Origin: a virus
Virus record (IMG/VR): IMGVR_UViG_3300012352_000355
Span: 32,001-96,000 of that record
DNA length: 64,000 nucleotides
Reading direction: 5' to 3' (one strand)
Shown piece by piece: positions 26,801-35,954 of this stretch; the first letter of the stretch is position 1; every line of letters begins with the position of its first letter. Under the pieces are notes generated by a model. That model was not told where the DNA came from. It searched no databases and saw only the letters and a program-made list of their open reading frames with translations. Made by a program: the position numbers and the translations under genes.

Positions 26801-28890
26801 AGACTAAGTACTATCCTGCATTTGGTGGAGACACATTCATTAACAAGTTTGCACTTAAGCGTAAGCATTCTTTCTTTACTCGTAACCTTGCTAATCTTCC
26901 TGCTAAAGTAGACAATGTTCCTTTTGATTATTGGTTGTATCCTAACTTAGGTTATCCTACGTACTACATTGGAGAGTCTCCTGCTACTATTGATAATGCA
27001 GCTTACACAGCATTACTTGCAGGACTATCTGCAGGGATTGCAGCAGCATTATTAGCATCCGCTGCAGGAGCTCCTTCTGGGGTTGCACTAAACTCTGCAA
27101 TTTCTGGATCACTAGCTGCAGCTTACTCCTTGTTTGTTAAAAAGAATAACCTAGATGCAGATCCTAACTCTTTCTTCTACCAAAAAGGTTTCTTCTATAC
27201 AGCTTCTTACGGTATTCCTGTATTCTATGTAGAGTCTGATATCAACGTAGACCTACGCCATGGAAGAAATGACTTAGAAGAGAATTTCTATCCTAACGTA
27301 GGAGATGGTATTCCAGATGAGTGGTTGCATGAAGTTAATGTACCTATTAAGTTTGACAACTTCTATAGTTACAATGCTACTTATTCTGCACAGAACTTAA
27401 GTCCTAATCTTCCCTACAGATTAAAGTATCCTTCACTAGAGTGTTTGTCTATCCATAACAACAGAGTAATTTACTCAGATCCTGCAAACTCTTCTAACTA
27501 TCTCTCTGATGCTTGGAGAGTATTCCGTCCAGGAAACTTCTATGACTTTCCTAAGCAAGGTGGTCGCTTAATTGATCTGAATGCGGGAGAAAACGAAAGA
27601 GTGTATGCTAGATTTGAGAATACAACTAAAGTATACAACTCTCGTATCACCTTAAGTACTACTTCTCCTTATCAATTAGAAATAGGTAATGCAGAGATGT
27701 TCAAACAAAAACCTGTAGATCTTGCTAAAACAGATCTGGGTTACATAGGAACTCAACACAAAGCTTACGTTAAGTGTGAGTATGGAACATTCTGGGTAGA
27801 CGCTAAACGTGGTCACATCTATCAGATCACAGGAGACGGCTTCAACGAAATTAAAACAGAAAATAACTTTAACTGGTTTAAGCAAAATCTTCCTTTCCAA
27901 ATCCTAAAAGATATTCCAAATGCAGACATAGACAATCCACCGATTGGCTTAGGCATTGTTATGGGATGGGATGAAAGATACGAGAGGGTATTTATTACTA
28001 AGTTAGACTACAGAGTTAAACCTGAATTTAGAGCAGGCAATCCTTCAGTAGTTAAATACATTACAGATACTTCTGATACTAACTATAGAAGATATGTACT
28101 AGAGAGTGGAAGTACTCAAGTAGAGATTACTTTTGGTGATCCTGCATTTTTTGAGAATAAGTCTTGGACAGTTGCTTACTCACCCAAACTTAAAAACTTT
28201 ATTTCTTTCTACTCATTCCTTCCAAACTTCTTTGTTCCTATGTTGGGTAACTTCCAGACAGTTATCAATACTTCTGCAGGAGCATCTACTTGGAACCATA
28301 ATCTTTCTATCTTTACTTACCAGACTTACTACAACAAACTTTATCCTTACATCATAGAGTATAACGTAAACTCATTCCCTCAAGTATCTACTGTTAACTC
28401 TGTTACTTTGATGCAAGACATCCAAGAGTATTATTCTGACTACGAGTACTACTCTTTGTCTACTGCAAATAAAAAGAACTTAGCAAACTTTACTAAGGCT
28501 ATTATCTATAACAAAGAACAGTCATCTGGTATCATTAAGTTGATTCCTGAAGAGTTTGGTAACACAAGACAAAAGATTACCTATCCTAGAATGACTACAA
28601 CGGGCATAGAAGCGCTTATCTCTCGCAGAGAACACTTGTATACCTTTAACGGATTTTGGAACGTTGCAGCGCAAGGAAATGGGCAACCACTTTGGTCTAC
28701 TCAATGGAGTGACTTGATTACTCAGTATCCAATAGATAAGATACCGAACACTAAGAGTGTGAGACCTGTATCTGTATCTTACCAGAAGTCTAAGATTAAA
28801 TCAGACTTTGCTAAAGTAAGATTGATTCAAGATCAGTACTCTAGATTTAAGTTTATTAATACAATCCAAATAACTCAAACCAACCCATAA
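23839..28890 (+). CDS. Tail stabilisation / muzzle protein
   Basis: 1683 aa; GLNLD N-terminus, YQRDEVYPFGI...FHIPGR, IRHHKFP, FGGDTFI, SWTVAYS..KNFISFYSFLP motifs. Confidence 0.85.
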   Translation: MQNKINQNTAGLNLDSVNYQIKENMITYALNANVQSHDGNSTTYTNEPSNQICYDFSLTYPGFKILNVLSITEQSKLVVFLAHPDGRSLIGELTNLNKDCTTLTETETDCGCISGTVVTNVVNSATGCCTFTPLIVDNCCDCTDCYTYSAQSINNTPYSITYVNCNGVEVTDTFPSGIGTFTARKNKYILPSDVEILDSNLESQGQCVPKTSDCCLKLSTDFPVYAEYRIDNCETKVYFIARNIQPRYFSLEEPLGRDQCGDALDCLTDACERLKLFPDFCQADIYPTAIDSGGRLKGGVYSFSVAYADENGKELTDYVDFSNPIAIFERAITEQTEYETSKSIRVSIDHSTTIFDYFNLVVAENINEVTTYQLVGTYRVNQSTYRDSLVYTGDYSSTFSSIVPLIRSPHYETAEIIEKQNDILMLADLVETPKYNFQLLANKIKLRWETVKMPVDNKFDYSNPEIAYFFRTYQRDEVYPFGIKFKLKNGKYTDVFHIPGREVFPNSDERSLIYHDSNPDAFGTVNDCIVTDREEKWKVYNTATTGITPPNNTPSLQEAQYSCKITVETGGEFAYWESTETYPCYEEVWGALAGQPIRHHKFPENAKSHIHADGDDFIYPIGVRLWSESLFASILDTETVYDPLNTYGNHQIPVKELICGYELVRGNRVNNKSVVAKGLVYDVGSFKDVKSGKEFYYPNYPYNSLEDDAYIKSTPDWYNKADRGIDDPDYGMALHKGFNVIGSRYTFHSPDTHFQYPKIGTELKLETVEYGKVQGKFIPVLDHPQYKFLTTADYAVTAVLADALSLAFESELTTTPTPGAATRWKADALAILTNNQIFIDLLEKLIPNTNFAYQFNSVGEYKRFLPITTIGNRRRFLDIGLYANDKIVELNDDKPLHNRLRETSVYLKTSGSFSTEYASIVDNSRYTIGQKNLQDNPEQIVESDTRAYYASIKRNFPNQYGQIENIKYVSTGYSCSVYTDITGTLQIKTKYYPAFGGDTFINKFALKRKHSFFTRNLANLPAKVDNVPFDYWLYPNLGYPTYYIGESPATIDNAAYTALLAGLSAGIAAALLASAAGAPSGVALNSAISGSLAAAYSLFVKKNNLDADPNSFFYQKGFFYTASYGIPVFYVESDINVDLRHGRNDLEENFYPNVGDGIPDEWLHEVNVPIKFDNFYSYNATYSAQNLSPNLPYRLKYPSLECLSIHNNRVIYSDPANSSNYLSDAWRVFRPGNFYDFPKQGGRLIDLNAGENERVYARFENTTKVYNSRITLSTTSPYQLEIGNAEMFKQKPVDLAKTDLGYIGTQHKAYVKCEYGTFWVDAKRGHIYQITGDGFNEIKTENNFNWFKQNLPFQILKDIPNADIDNPPIGLGIVMGWDERYERVFITKLDYRVKPEFRAGNPSVVKYITDTSDTNYRRYVLESGSTQVEITFGDPAFFENKSWTVAYSPKLKNFISFYSFLPNFFVPMLGNFQTVINTSAGASTWNHNLSIFTYQTYYNKLYPYIIEYNVNSFPQVSTVNSVTLMQDIQEYYSDYEYYSLSTANKKNLANFTKAIIYNKEQSSGIIKLIPEEFGNTRQKITYPRMTTTGIEALISRREHLYTFNGFWNVAAQGNGQPLWSTQWSDLITQYPIDKIPNTKSVRPVSVSYQKSKIKSDFAKVRLIQDQYSRFKFINTIQITQTNP

Positions 28891-28894
28891 TACC

Positions 28895-29275
28895 ATGAAA
28901 GAAAAAGAACTTTTCACTACAGTCAAACCCGAGATAGTAATTGGACAGTTGTTCCAATCTCGTGACATCATCCACATCGCACACTTGCAGACAACTTCTT
29001 TTAGTGAGCACAAAGCACTAGATGGCTACTACACTGAGATTATTGACCTAATTGATGATATCATAGAGTCTTACTTCGGTACAATAGGTAAAAGACTTAA
29101 CTTTAAGATTCCTGCATCTGAGTACATGAATGCAAGAACTCACTTGATCTACATGAAAGACTACATGATGAAGCATCGTGGAGTATTCGGTATGGAGAAC
29201 ACTCACTTACAAAACTCAATTGATGAGGTAATTAGTTTGATCACTAGTACCTTATATCAACTTACTCTAACTTAA
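28895..29275 (+). CDS. Ferritin-like four-helix protein (DUF5856-like)
   Basis: HIAHLQTTSFSEHKALDGYY...IDDIIESYFG...LQNSIDE...TLYQLTL. Confidence 0.75.
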   Translation: MKEKELFTTVKPEIVIGQLFQSRDIIHIAHLQTTSFSEHKALDGYYTEIIDLIDDIIESYFGTIGKRLNFKIPASEYMNARTHLIYMKDYMMKHRGVFGMENTHLQNSIDEVISLITSTLYQLTLT

Positions 29276-29290
29276 ACTAAATAAAACTAT

Positions 29291-30223
29291 ATGAATCGCT
29301 TAAAGAATTCTTACTCAACTTGCATGAGTTGCGGTGGTAAGAAAATGAAATCAGGAGGTAAATGGATTCAGTCTGCTATTAAGAAGCCAGGCTCTTTCAC
29401 AGCACAAGCTAAAAAAGCTGGAATGTCTGTACCTGCTTTCCGTGATAAAGTACTAAGTAATAAAGGCGCTTACTCTTCTACTACAGTAAAGAGAGCTAAC
29501 TTGGCTAAGACTCTTTCTAAGATGCGTAAGGGGGAAGATGGTATGATTACACGTAAGGGAGTAAAAGATGTAATAAAATATTCTTCACTTGTAGAACCTA
29601 GAGGTATTACTAGCGAATCTTCTATGGGCATGCCTGCTACCCCTACTCCTATTGAAAGTCCTGCAAACTGGTACAACGAGTCTACTTGGGATACTGCACA
29701 AACAGAAAATGCTGCTCGTTCTGCAGTTAATAGTCCAGCAGCATCTGCCAAAGGTCCTCTTGCTAAAGGTGGTTCTGAGAAAGTAAGAGCTTATCAAGAA
29801 ATGCTTCGTAGCAAAGGTTATGATATTGCAGCTGATGGTGCTTGGGGTCCCAAGACACAAGAGGCTTATGAGACTTATATTAAATCTAAAACTGCAGCTG
29901 TTACTAATCCTCCAGCAAATAAGACTACTAGTACTTCTTCTTCACAGACTTGGAACTACACTCCAGAGCAATGGGATAAGTCTATGGCAGAGAATAAAGC
30001 AAGACCAGCTGTTAATAGTGTAATGGCTACAGCAGACAACATGAAAAAGACCCCTATTACAACCAAAGAAGTTCTTAAGACTCCAGAGCCTATTCAGGTT
30101 ACTCAAGCTGTGAATAATGTGAGCAAACTCAAAAAGGCTAAGAGTAAAGTAAGTTCTGCAGAAGCACTCATACGTAGAAAAATTGCTAAAATGAATTCTG
30201 GCAAGTCTATATACGGAGATTAA
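29291..30223 (+). CDS. Basic virion/cargo protein with peptidoglycan-binding domain
   Basis: GGSEKVRAYQEMLRSKGYDIAADGAWGPKT matches the PG_binding_1 pattern; N-terminal WIQSAIKKPGSF..RANLAKTL module. Confidence 0.7.
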   Translation: MNRLKNSYSTCMSCGGKKMKSGGKWIQSAIKKPGSFTAQAKKAGMSVPAFRDKVLSNKGAYSSTTVKRANLAKTLSKMRKGEDGMITRKGVKDVIKYSSLVEPRGITSESSMGMPATPTPIESPANWYNESTWDTAQTENAARSAVNSPAASAKGPLAKGGSEKVRAYQEMLRSKGYDIAADGAWGPKTQEAYETYIKSKTAAVTNPPANKTTSTSSSQTWNYTPEQWDKSMAENKARPAVNSVMATADNMKKTPITTKEVLKTPEPIQVTQAVNNVSKLKKAKSKVSSAEALIRRKIAKMNSGKSIYGD

Positions 30224-30225
30224 TT

Positions 30226-30909
30226 ATGTTTGTTCCAGGAGTAAATGGTTCTGTAATTCCTAGTGCACCCTCAGGTTCAAGACTTAAGGGTGCATATAGG
30301 AATTCTAAAAAGCGTAAGATGCCTAATGGTGGAATAGAAGTTGCCTTAGATGCAGCTTCTTTTATCCCACCACCAGTAGGTACAGTAGCTTCACTTCTTG
30401 GTGCAGGTTTAAATGCTTATCAAGGGGATTATACGGGAATGAGTTTAGATTTAGCTAGTGCTGCTAGTGGTGGGGCATCTAAGTGGTTTGGTGCAGCTGC
30501 AGATGCTGCAAAGATGGCTAACTCTGGAAAACTTGCTTCAAATATGGCATCTAAAGCTAAAACATTTCAAACTCTTTCTAATCCTGTAATATCTAAAAGT
30601 GCATCTGCGGGAAGAGATTACTTAGGCACAGTAGGGTCTTCTTCATATAATAATACTATGAGAGTTCCTCAAAGAGATAATGCTCAAGTACAATTTAGAC
30701 CTAATCCTAACTTACGTAGAATGGAAGAAGGCGGAGAAGTAGAGGATGACGATAAGGAAATGGTTAATGGAGTAGCAAGTATCTTACGCAGAGTAAAAGA
30801 TAAGAAGAACAGATTACAACTAGCTAATCAACTCGCTAAACAGTTTAACAGAGAAAAGGTAAAATATGATTTACCTTCATTCCTAGCTAAATCTAAAGTA
30901 AAAAAATGA
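30226..30909 (+). CDS. Putative cargo protein with Ala/Gly-rich membrane-active segment
   Basis: LDAASFIPPPVGTVASLLGAGLNAYQGDY resembles pre-toxin TG-type segments. Confidence 0.6.
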   Translation: MFVPGVNGSVIPSAPSGSRLKGAYRNSKKRKMPNGGIEVALDAASFIPPPVGTVASLLGAGLNAYQGDYTGMSLDLASAASGGASKWFGAAADAAKMANSGKLASNMASKAKTFQTLSNPVISKSASAGRDYLGTVGSSSYNNTMRVPQRDNAQVQFRPNPNLRRMEEGGEVEDDDKEMVNGVASILRRVKDKKNRLQLANQLAKQFNREKVKYDLPSFLAKSKVKK

Positions 30910-31478
30910 AACAGATGATAAAACGTAAAGACGGATCTTACTCACAAAGAGGATTGTGGGATAACATCCGTGCTAAAAGAGGTTCTGGAAAGAAACCTAC
31001 TCCAGAGATGCTTAAGCAAGAACGTAAGATTAAACGTAACATGGCTGAAGGCGGTAAAATGCCTACCAGTGTTGCTAAGGCTAGATTTGTAGCAGCTAAC
31101 AAAGGAAATGTATCTGAGGCTAGACAAGACGCTTCTAAATACGGATACAAGTTTATGGTTGGTGGTAGACTTAAAGCAGCTTATATGGCTAAGGGTGGAA
31201 CTATTGCTAAGACAACTAAAGGCCCAGGTGCTAACTATCGTCCTACCAAGCAAGGTGCTGGTATGACTAAGAAGGGAGTTATGGCTTATCGTAGAGCTAA
31301 CCCAGGTTCTAAGTTAAGCACTGCTGTTACAGGTAAGGTAAAGCCAGGTAGCAAAGCAGCTGGTCGTAGAAAGTCCTACTGTGCTCGTTCATTAGGTCAA
31401 TTGCGTAGATCCTCACAAGCTACACAGAATGATCCTAATAGCAGAATCAGACAAGCACGTAGGCGTTGGAAGTGTTAA
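30906..31478 (+). CDS. Highly basic protein with DUF6321-like C-terminus
   Basis: GMTKKGV.AYRRANPGSKL..AVTG...RRKSYCARS...DPNSRI.QARRRWKC. Confidence 0.7.
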   Translation: MKQMIKRKDGSYSQRGLWDNIRAKRGSGKKPTPEMLKQERKIKRNMAEGGKMPTSVAKARFVAANKGNVSEARQDASKYGYKFMVGGRLKAAYMAKGGTIAKTTKGPGANYRPTKQGAGMTKKGVMAYRRANPGSKLSTAVTGKVKPGSKAAGRRKSYCARSLGQLRRSSQATQNDPNSRIRQARRRWKC

Positions 31479-31499
31479 ACTAAAACTAAAACTAAATAT

Positions 31500-31658
31500 A
31501 TGGCAACTAAAGCATCTAAAACTAAATCAACCTCTACAGCTTCTAAGTTCAAAGTTAAACCTAAGATCAGAAGAAAGGGAGTTGTAGCAAAGACTAAAGC
31601 TTCAAAGTTAAAGTCTAGCAAAAATTATCTTAAAAAAAGCAGAGGACAAGGGAGTTAA
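31500..31658 (+). CDS. Small Lys/Ser-rich basic protein (52 aa, not in the ORF track)
   Basis: ATG31500 to TAA31658 after an AAACTAAAACTAAAACTAAATAT leader; MATKASKTKSTSTASKFKVKPKIRRKGVVAKTKASKLKSSKNYLKKSRGQGS. Confidence 0.7.
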   Translation: MATKASKTKSTSTASKFKVKPKIRRKGVVAKTKASKLKSSKNYLKKSRGQGS

Positions 31659-31677
31659 TTCTCCCTTGCTTTTTTTT
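31647..31677 (+). terminator. Rho-independent terminator
   Basis: CAAGGGAG / CTCCCTTG followed by a T-tract. Confidence 0.8.
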
Positions 31678-31695
31678 ATTAATCTTGTATATTTG
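31666..31695 (+). promoter_or_regulatory. Bacteroidota promoter (TTG-N19-TATATTTG) for the cargo genes
   Basis: Consensus match overlapping the terminator. Confidence 0.65.
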
Positions 31696-31758
31696 TATAA
31701 CTAGCTTATTCTCAAGCAGTTATTAACTTTCTATGTTAATAACATAAATAATTAAAAC

Positions 31759-34230
31759 ATGTTAAGATACTCACTGTATAAGAAATTTGTAAACGGGGGT
31801 GGAGTAGATCCTGAGGTTGAAAAAATCCAACCAAAAGGAATTACTGCTCCTATACCTACTATGGAAGAGTACCTGTCTAACAATCAGGAATTTAGCAATA
31901 CAAGTTCTTATCAAGATGCCTTTCAAATTCCTAACTTATCTCTAACAGGATTTAAGACCTCAGACTCTCCTGAAGGTACGGTAACTGATAAGCAAAAATC
32001 ATATAAGCCAGGTACATTTAAAGATGAAGGTAGCTTGCCTACTTTTACTTCTATACTATCTCCGCTTAATCCTTTTGACGTAAATCAAAAAACTCCTGAA
32101 GTAGAACAAGGTCCTTTGTCTGAAGAAGAAGCTACGATGAGAGGTATCCAAACTTCTCCTATTACTTCCACTCCAAAAGAGCAACCTAGTTTCTGGCAAC
32201 AGAATAGTTCTGCATTAGCAACTTTAGGTTTATTGGGAGTTGACTCAGGGTTTGGATATAATGAAGATCTAAAGAATCAGCAAAAATTAAACGAGTCAAT
32301 ACAACAAAGAAAATCTAAGCCTGAGTACTCCTACAATTATATGTATGGTCCCACAACAGGTGGAGGTACAGAATTTCAACCTACAATAAAAGCAGAAATG
32401 GGTGCAAAAATAAACAAACGTTATGCTAGTGAAGGCATGAACGATGTAGAAATTGAAGGTGGAGAATTTATCCAACTTCCTAATCTAGATACTGAAATGG
32501 CTGAAGGGCCTTCTCACGAGAATGGAGGTATTCCTACAAACTTGCCTAATGAGACTCGTGTCTATTCTAACAATTTAAAGCCAGAAGGATCTAAGAAAAC
32601 TTTTGCACAGATCGCTAAAAACTACGATATCACTTCATATAAGAAAACTTTAGATAATCCCTTTGCTAAACAAGTAGATAAGGATACTGCAAGTATAATG
32701 ATGAAGAGAAACCAGAAAATTCTGGATGATTTGTTTGAAGATCAACAGATGATGAATGGTAACTCTAATGGAGAACTAGAAGCAAAGAGAGGAGCTAGTA
32801 TTAACAACCCAGGATTTAAAGCTCTTCCAGGTTACGTACAAGCTAAGATTACTGCTAACATGGCAGAGGGAGCTAAATATAAAATTCCACAGGGAGTAAC
32901 AGTTAAGCAAGCAGGTGATCCTTCGATTCAGGTAGGTGATTACGTTATGGGCGCTAATAATAAAGTCCAGAAAGTCACTGCTGCAAACAAGAAGACTACT
33001 TTAGGAGAATACAATAAAGGCTATGATGATTTGTCTTCTACGTTAAGTAGACCTGAATTTGACAAAGTTAAGGAGGCTATGTACACTAAGTACAAAGAAA
33101 AGAATCCTAGTACTACTGTATCCAAAGATCAGTTTATTAAAAACTTCATGGATGCTCAGAAGCAGATCTATACTATTAGGGAAGCTGCTAAAAATAATCC
33201 AAACCTTGATATTAAGACTGAAGACTTAGACAGAACTGCTGGTGGTATGAAGAATAAGGTTTATAATCAAATTGCAAAGCAATTAGGTTTTAATCCTTTG
33301 ACTGAAGATCAAACAAAAATGTTTCAACAGTCTTACTTGGATCTTGCAGATCTCCAGAATAATCCTGAATTTAAAGAAACTCTGTCTGACTTTGATCTGA
33401 CTCCTACAGGAATGACAGATGACGTATATCTAGGAAAACCAATTTCAAAAGCAGATGCAATCTTCGGTAACACTACTATAGGACAAGCAGTAAGAGCAAA
33501 AAGTAGAAGTGACGCTCAGGACTATACTTACGAAGATGTTCCCCTAGAGACAAAAGACATTGAGTTTAATCAACCAGGAACTGCACCAAGGGGAACTTAT
33601 ACTCCTGGAAAGTTTCCTTTGTATCAAGCTATTCCTGAAGCAATGGGACTTGCTCAATCACAACAAATTTATCCTTATGCTATTCCTGAAATAGATGCCC
33701 CTTATCTTCGTCCTCAAACTTTGAATATTCAAAGTGAGTTACAAAACATAGATAACATGGGTACAGCAGCTATCCGATCTGGTGCAGATCCTTTAGATGT
33801 TTATATTGCAGGAATTGATGCTAAACAAAAAGCTTTTCAAACTAAACAAAACTATGATGCAGAAGGTAGGTCTAGAGCAGATATAGCAAATGCACAGGCT
33901 TCCTTTAGTGCAGATCAGTTCAATGCTCAAGCATTTGATCGTGTATACAATAACCTAGTAGGTCAAGCAAGAGATGCTCAGTCTGCAGAAAAACAAGCAT
34001 CTATTGCAAACATGATAACTAAGAAAGGTTTGTTTGATCAGAGTGAATCTAGAAAAGCTGCATTTATTAATAACCTTGTTCCTTCATTTAACACTACCTC
34101 AAAGGGTCAGATGGATGTGGCAGAAGAACAGTTGCCATTTTATTTTAATGCTTTCAACAACTATGTAGATGCTGAAGACACTAAAAAGAAAACAGCTAAA
34201 AAAGGAATGTATAAAAAACCTAAATATTAA
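31759..34230 (+). CDS. Virion cargo/ejection protein 1
   Basis: VEIEGGE and GPSHENGGIP motifs typical of crAss-like cargo proteins; Gln/Ala-rich C-terminal coiled coil. Confidence 0.7.
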   Translation: MLRYSLYKKFVNGGGVDPEVEKIQPKGITAPIPTMEEYLSNNQEFSNTSSYQDAFQIPNLSLTGFKTSDSPEGTVTDKQKSYKPGTFKDEGSLPTFTSILSPLNPFDVNQKTPEVEQGPLSEEEATMRGIQTSPITSTPKEQPSFWQQNSSALATLGLLGVDSGFGYNEDLKNQQKLNESIQQRKSKPEYSYNYMYGPTTGGGTEFQPTIKAEMGAKINKRYASEGMNDVEIEGGEFIQLPNLDTEMAEGPSHENGGIPTNLPNETRVYSNNLKPEGSKKTFAQIAKNYDITSYKKTLDNPFAKQVDKDTASIMMKRNQKILDDLFEDQQMMNGNSNGELEAKRGASINNPGFKALPGYVQAKITANMAEGAKYKIPQGVTVKQAGDPSIQVGDYVMGANNKVQKVTAANKKTTLGEYNKGYDDLSSTLSRPEFDKVKEAMYTKYKEKNPSTTVSKDQFIKNFMDAQKQIYTIREAAKNNPNLDIKTEDLDRTAGGMKNKVYNQIAKQLGFNPLTEDQTKMFQQSYLDLADLQNNPEFKETLSDFDLTPTGMTDDVYLGKPISKADAIFGNTTIGQAVRAKSRSDAQDYTYEDVPLETKDIEFNQPGTAPRGTYTPGKFPLYQAIPEAMGLAQSQQIYPYAIPEIDAPYLRPQTLNIQSELQNIDNMGTAAIRSGADPLDVYIAGIDAKQKAFQTKQNYDAEGRSRADIANAQASFSADQFNAQAFDRVYNNLVGQARDAQSAEKQASIANMITKKGLFDQSESRKAAFINNLVPSFNTTSKGQMDVAEEQLPFYFNAFNNYVDAEDTKKKTAKKGMYKKPKY

Positions 34231-34233
34231 ACC

Positions 34234-35946
34234 ATGCCAATTTCAGCACAACATACCAAATTCGTTTATCCAGACTACATTGATCCTTTACCAGCAGATG
34301 ACTTAATCAAGTTAGCTGTTAAGAAGCAGGAGATGTTTGACGAGGGTAGATCTAAAGTACAACAAAGCATTGACGCTTATGGTAAGATTAGAAACTCTTT
34401 GGTTAGAGACGTAGACAAAGAGTACTTTGACAAAAACATGAATAACATGGTCAAAGCAATTAACCAAAATGCAGGACTAGACTTTTCTATTAAAGGAAAT
34501 GTAGATGCAGTACTTAATATAGGAAGACCCCTAGAGAATGATGCCACTCTTCTTACAGCAGTAGACTCTGCAAAAACTTATAATAGTATGATGGAAGAGT
34601 ATAGAAAATTGGACACTAAGTACAAGAGTCCAGTTAACGACTACTTCTTTTTTCAGGATATAGCTAAGTGGAAAAACAACGGAGATGTTAATAGTAAACT
34701 TAACTACCAAGCCTACAAACCTTATCAAGAGGGCACAGGTAAAAAGTATGGAGAAGTTCTTACTAAGATTAAACCTAATATTGAAACTCGTTTTGAGTTT
34801 ACACCAGATGGAAGACGTATACAAAAAACTGTGATAAGTAGTGTGGATCAAGGTCGTATTAGAGACGCTTACATGTCCTCGTTAACACCTGCAGAACTTG
34901 AACAGTTGCAGATGGATGCTACCTACAAGTATATGAATTCTAACCAAGATGCAGCTAAGCAACAGTATCTAGGTCACATAAATGAAACACTACAACTTAG
35001 TCAAGCACAGATCGAAGACTTAGAAGGAAAGAAAGCAATTGCTAAACAAAAAAATATTCCTTCTGATGATCCAAGAATGTTAGATATTGATAGAAGTCTT
35101 TCTAAGGCTTACATGCAAAGAGACGTTCTAAGTCAAAGAGCATCAAGAGGTTTAGGTGAAGTCCCAGACAATGAAGTTATCAACTTTATGCAGGACCAAA
35201 CTATCTTTGATGCAAGTAATGCTTACGCTTACCAGCAAGTAGAGAAAGATCTAGATGTAGATCAGTATGCTCTTAAAGCCTATGAGTCTAACTTGAGGGT
35301 CCAAGAAGAGGTAACTCTTGATAGACTAGGACTAAGTACTAAAGCAAAAGAAGGTAAGGTTCCTTTGCCTCCTGGAAGCTTTGAGGTAGATGGTTCTTTT
35401 ATGGGTGATACTGAAAGCGTAACAGGAGAAGGAAAGACTATGACCCTTAAGAATGATCTTTTGGCTGGAGTAGGAACTAATGATACTCAGAAGCAAGCAC
35501 AGCTTATGGTAGCCCTTAAGAAGTTATTGTCTAGAGGAGTAGATCAGTCAGGTAAAGACATTCCTATTACTGTCAAAGACGCATTGCTTAGGTCAGTACT
35601 AAGTGGTACCTGGAATGAACAAGATGCTAAAGTAATTAAAGCTACTTTTGGAGACAACGCTAAGTACGAAAAGACCCTTAAAAACTTGAAGAGTATTGCT
35701 ACTAGTCTATATGATATACAAGACAGAAATGGTAATATTGTAGACATAAGTCAGTTGAATGCAAGAGACGCTAACATGGGATCAGGTTATACCTTAGTAC
35801 CTAAAGAAGCTTCAAAAGCAGAAGAATACTTTGTTACTGATGCTGGTGGGTTTGGATTTAAATACGAGTTAGGCGAGTTAGAAAATCTAGACGCAATGAC
35901 TTTATTTAACCTACAAGATATCAGAAGAATTAAACCGCCCAAATAA
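34234..35946 (+). CDS. Virion cargo/ejection protein 2
   Basis: Y..PLP...L....KQ..FD N-terminus; helical; position before the giant proteins. Confidence 0.65.
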   Translation: MPISAQHTKFVYPDYIDPLPADDLIKLAVKKQEMFDEGRSKVQQSIDAYGKIRNSLVRDVDKEYFDKNMNNMVKAINQNAGLDFSIKGNVDAVLNIGRPLENDATLLTAVDSAKTYNSMMEEYRKLDTKYKSPVNDYFFFQDIAKWKNNGDVNSKLNYQAYKPYQEGTGKKYGEVLTKIKPNIETRFEFTPDGRRIQKTVISSVDQGRIRDAYMSSLTPAELEQLQMDATYKYMNSNQDAAKQQYLGHINETLQLSQAQIEDLEGKKAIAKQKNIPSDDPRMLDIDRSLSKAYMQRDVLSQRASRGLGEVPDNEVINFMQDQTIFDASNAYAYQQVEKDLDVDQYALKAYESNLRVQEEVTLDRLGLSTKAKEGKVPLPPGSFEVDGSFMGDTESVTGEGKTMTLKNDLLAGVGTNDTQKQAQLMVALKKLLSRGVDQSGKDIPITVKDALLRSVLSGTWNEQDAKVIKATFGDNAKYEKTLKNLKSIATSLYDIQDRNGNIVDISQLNARDANMGSGYTLVPKEASKAEEYFVTDAGGFGFKYELGELENLDAMTLFNLQDIRRIKPPK

Positions 35947-35954
35947 AAACAAAA

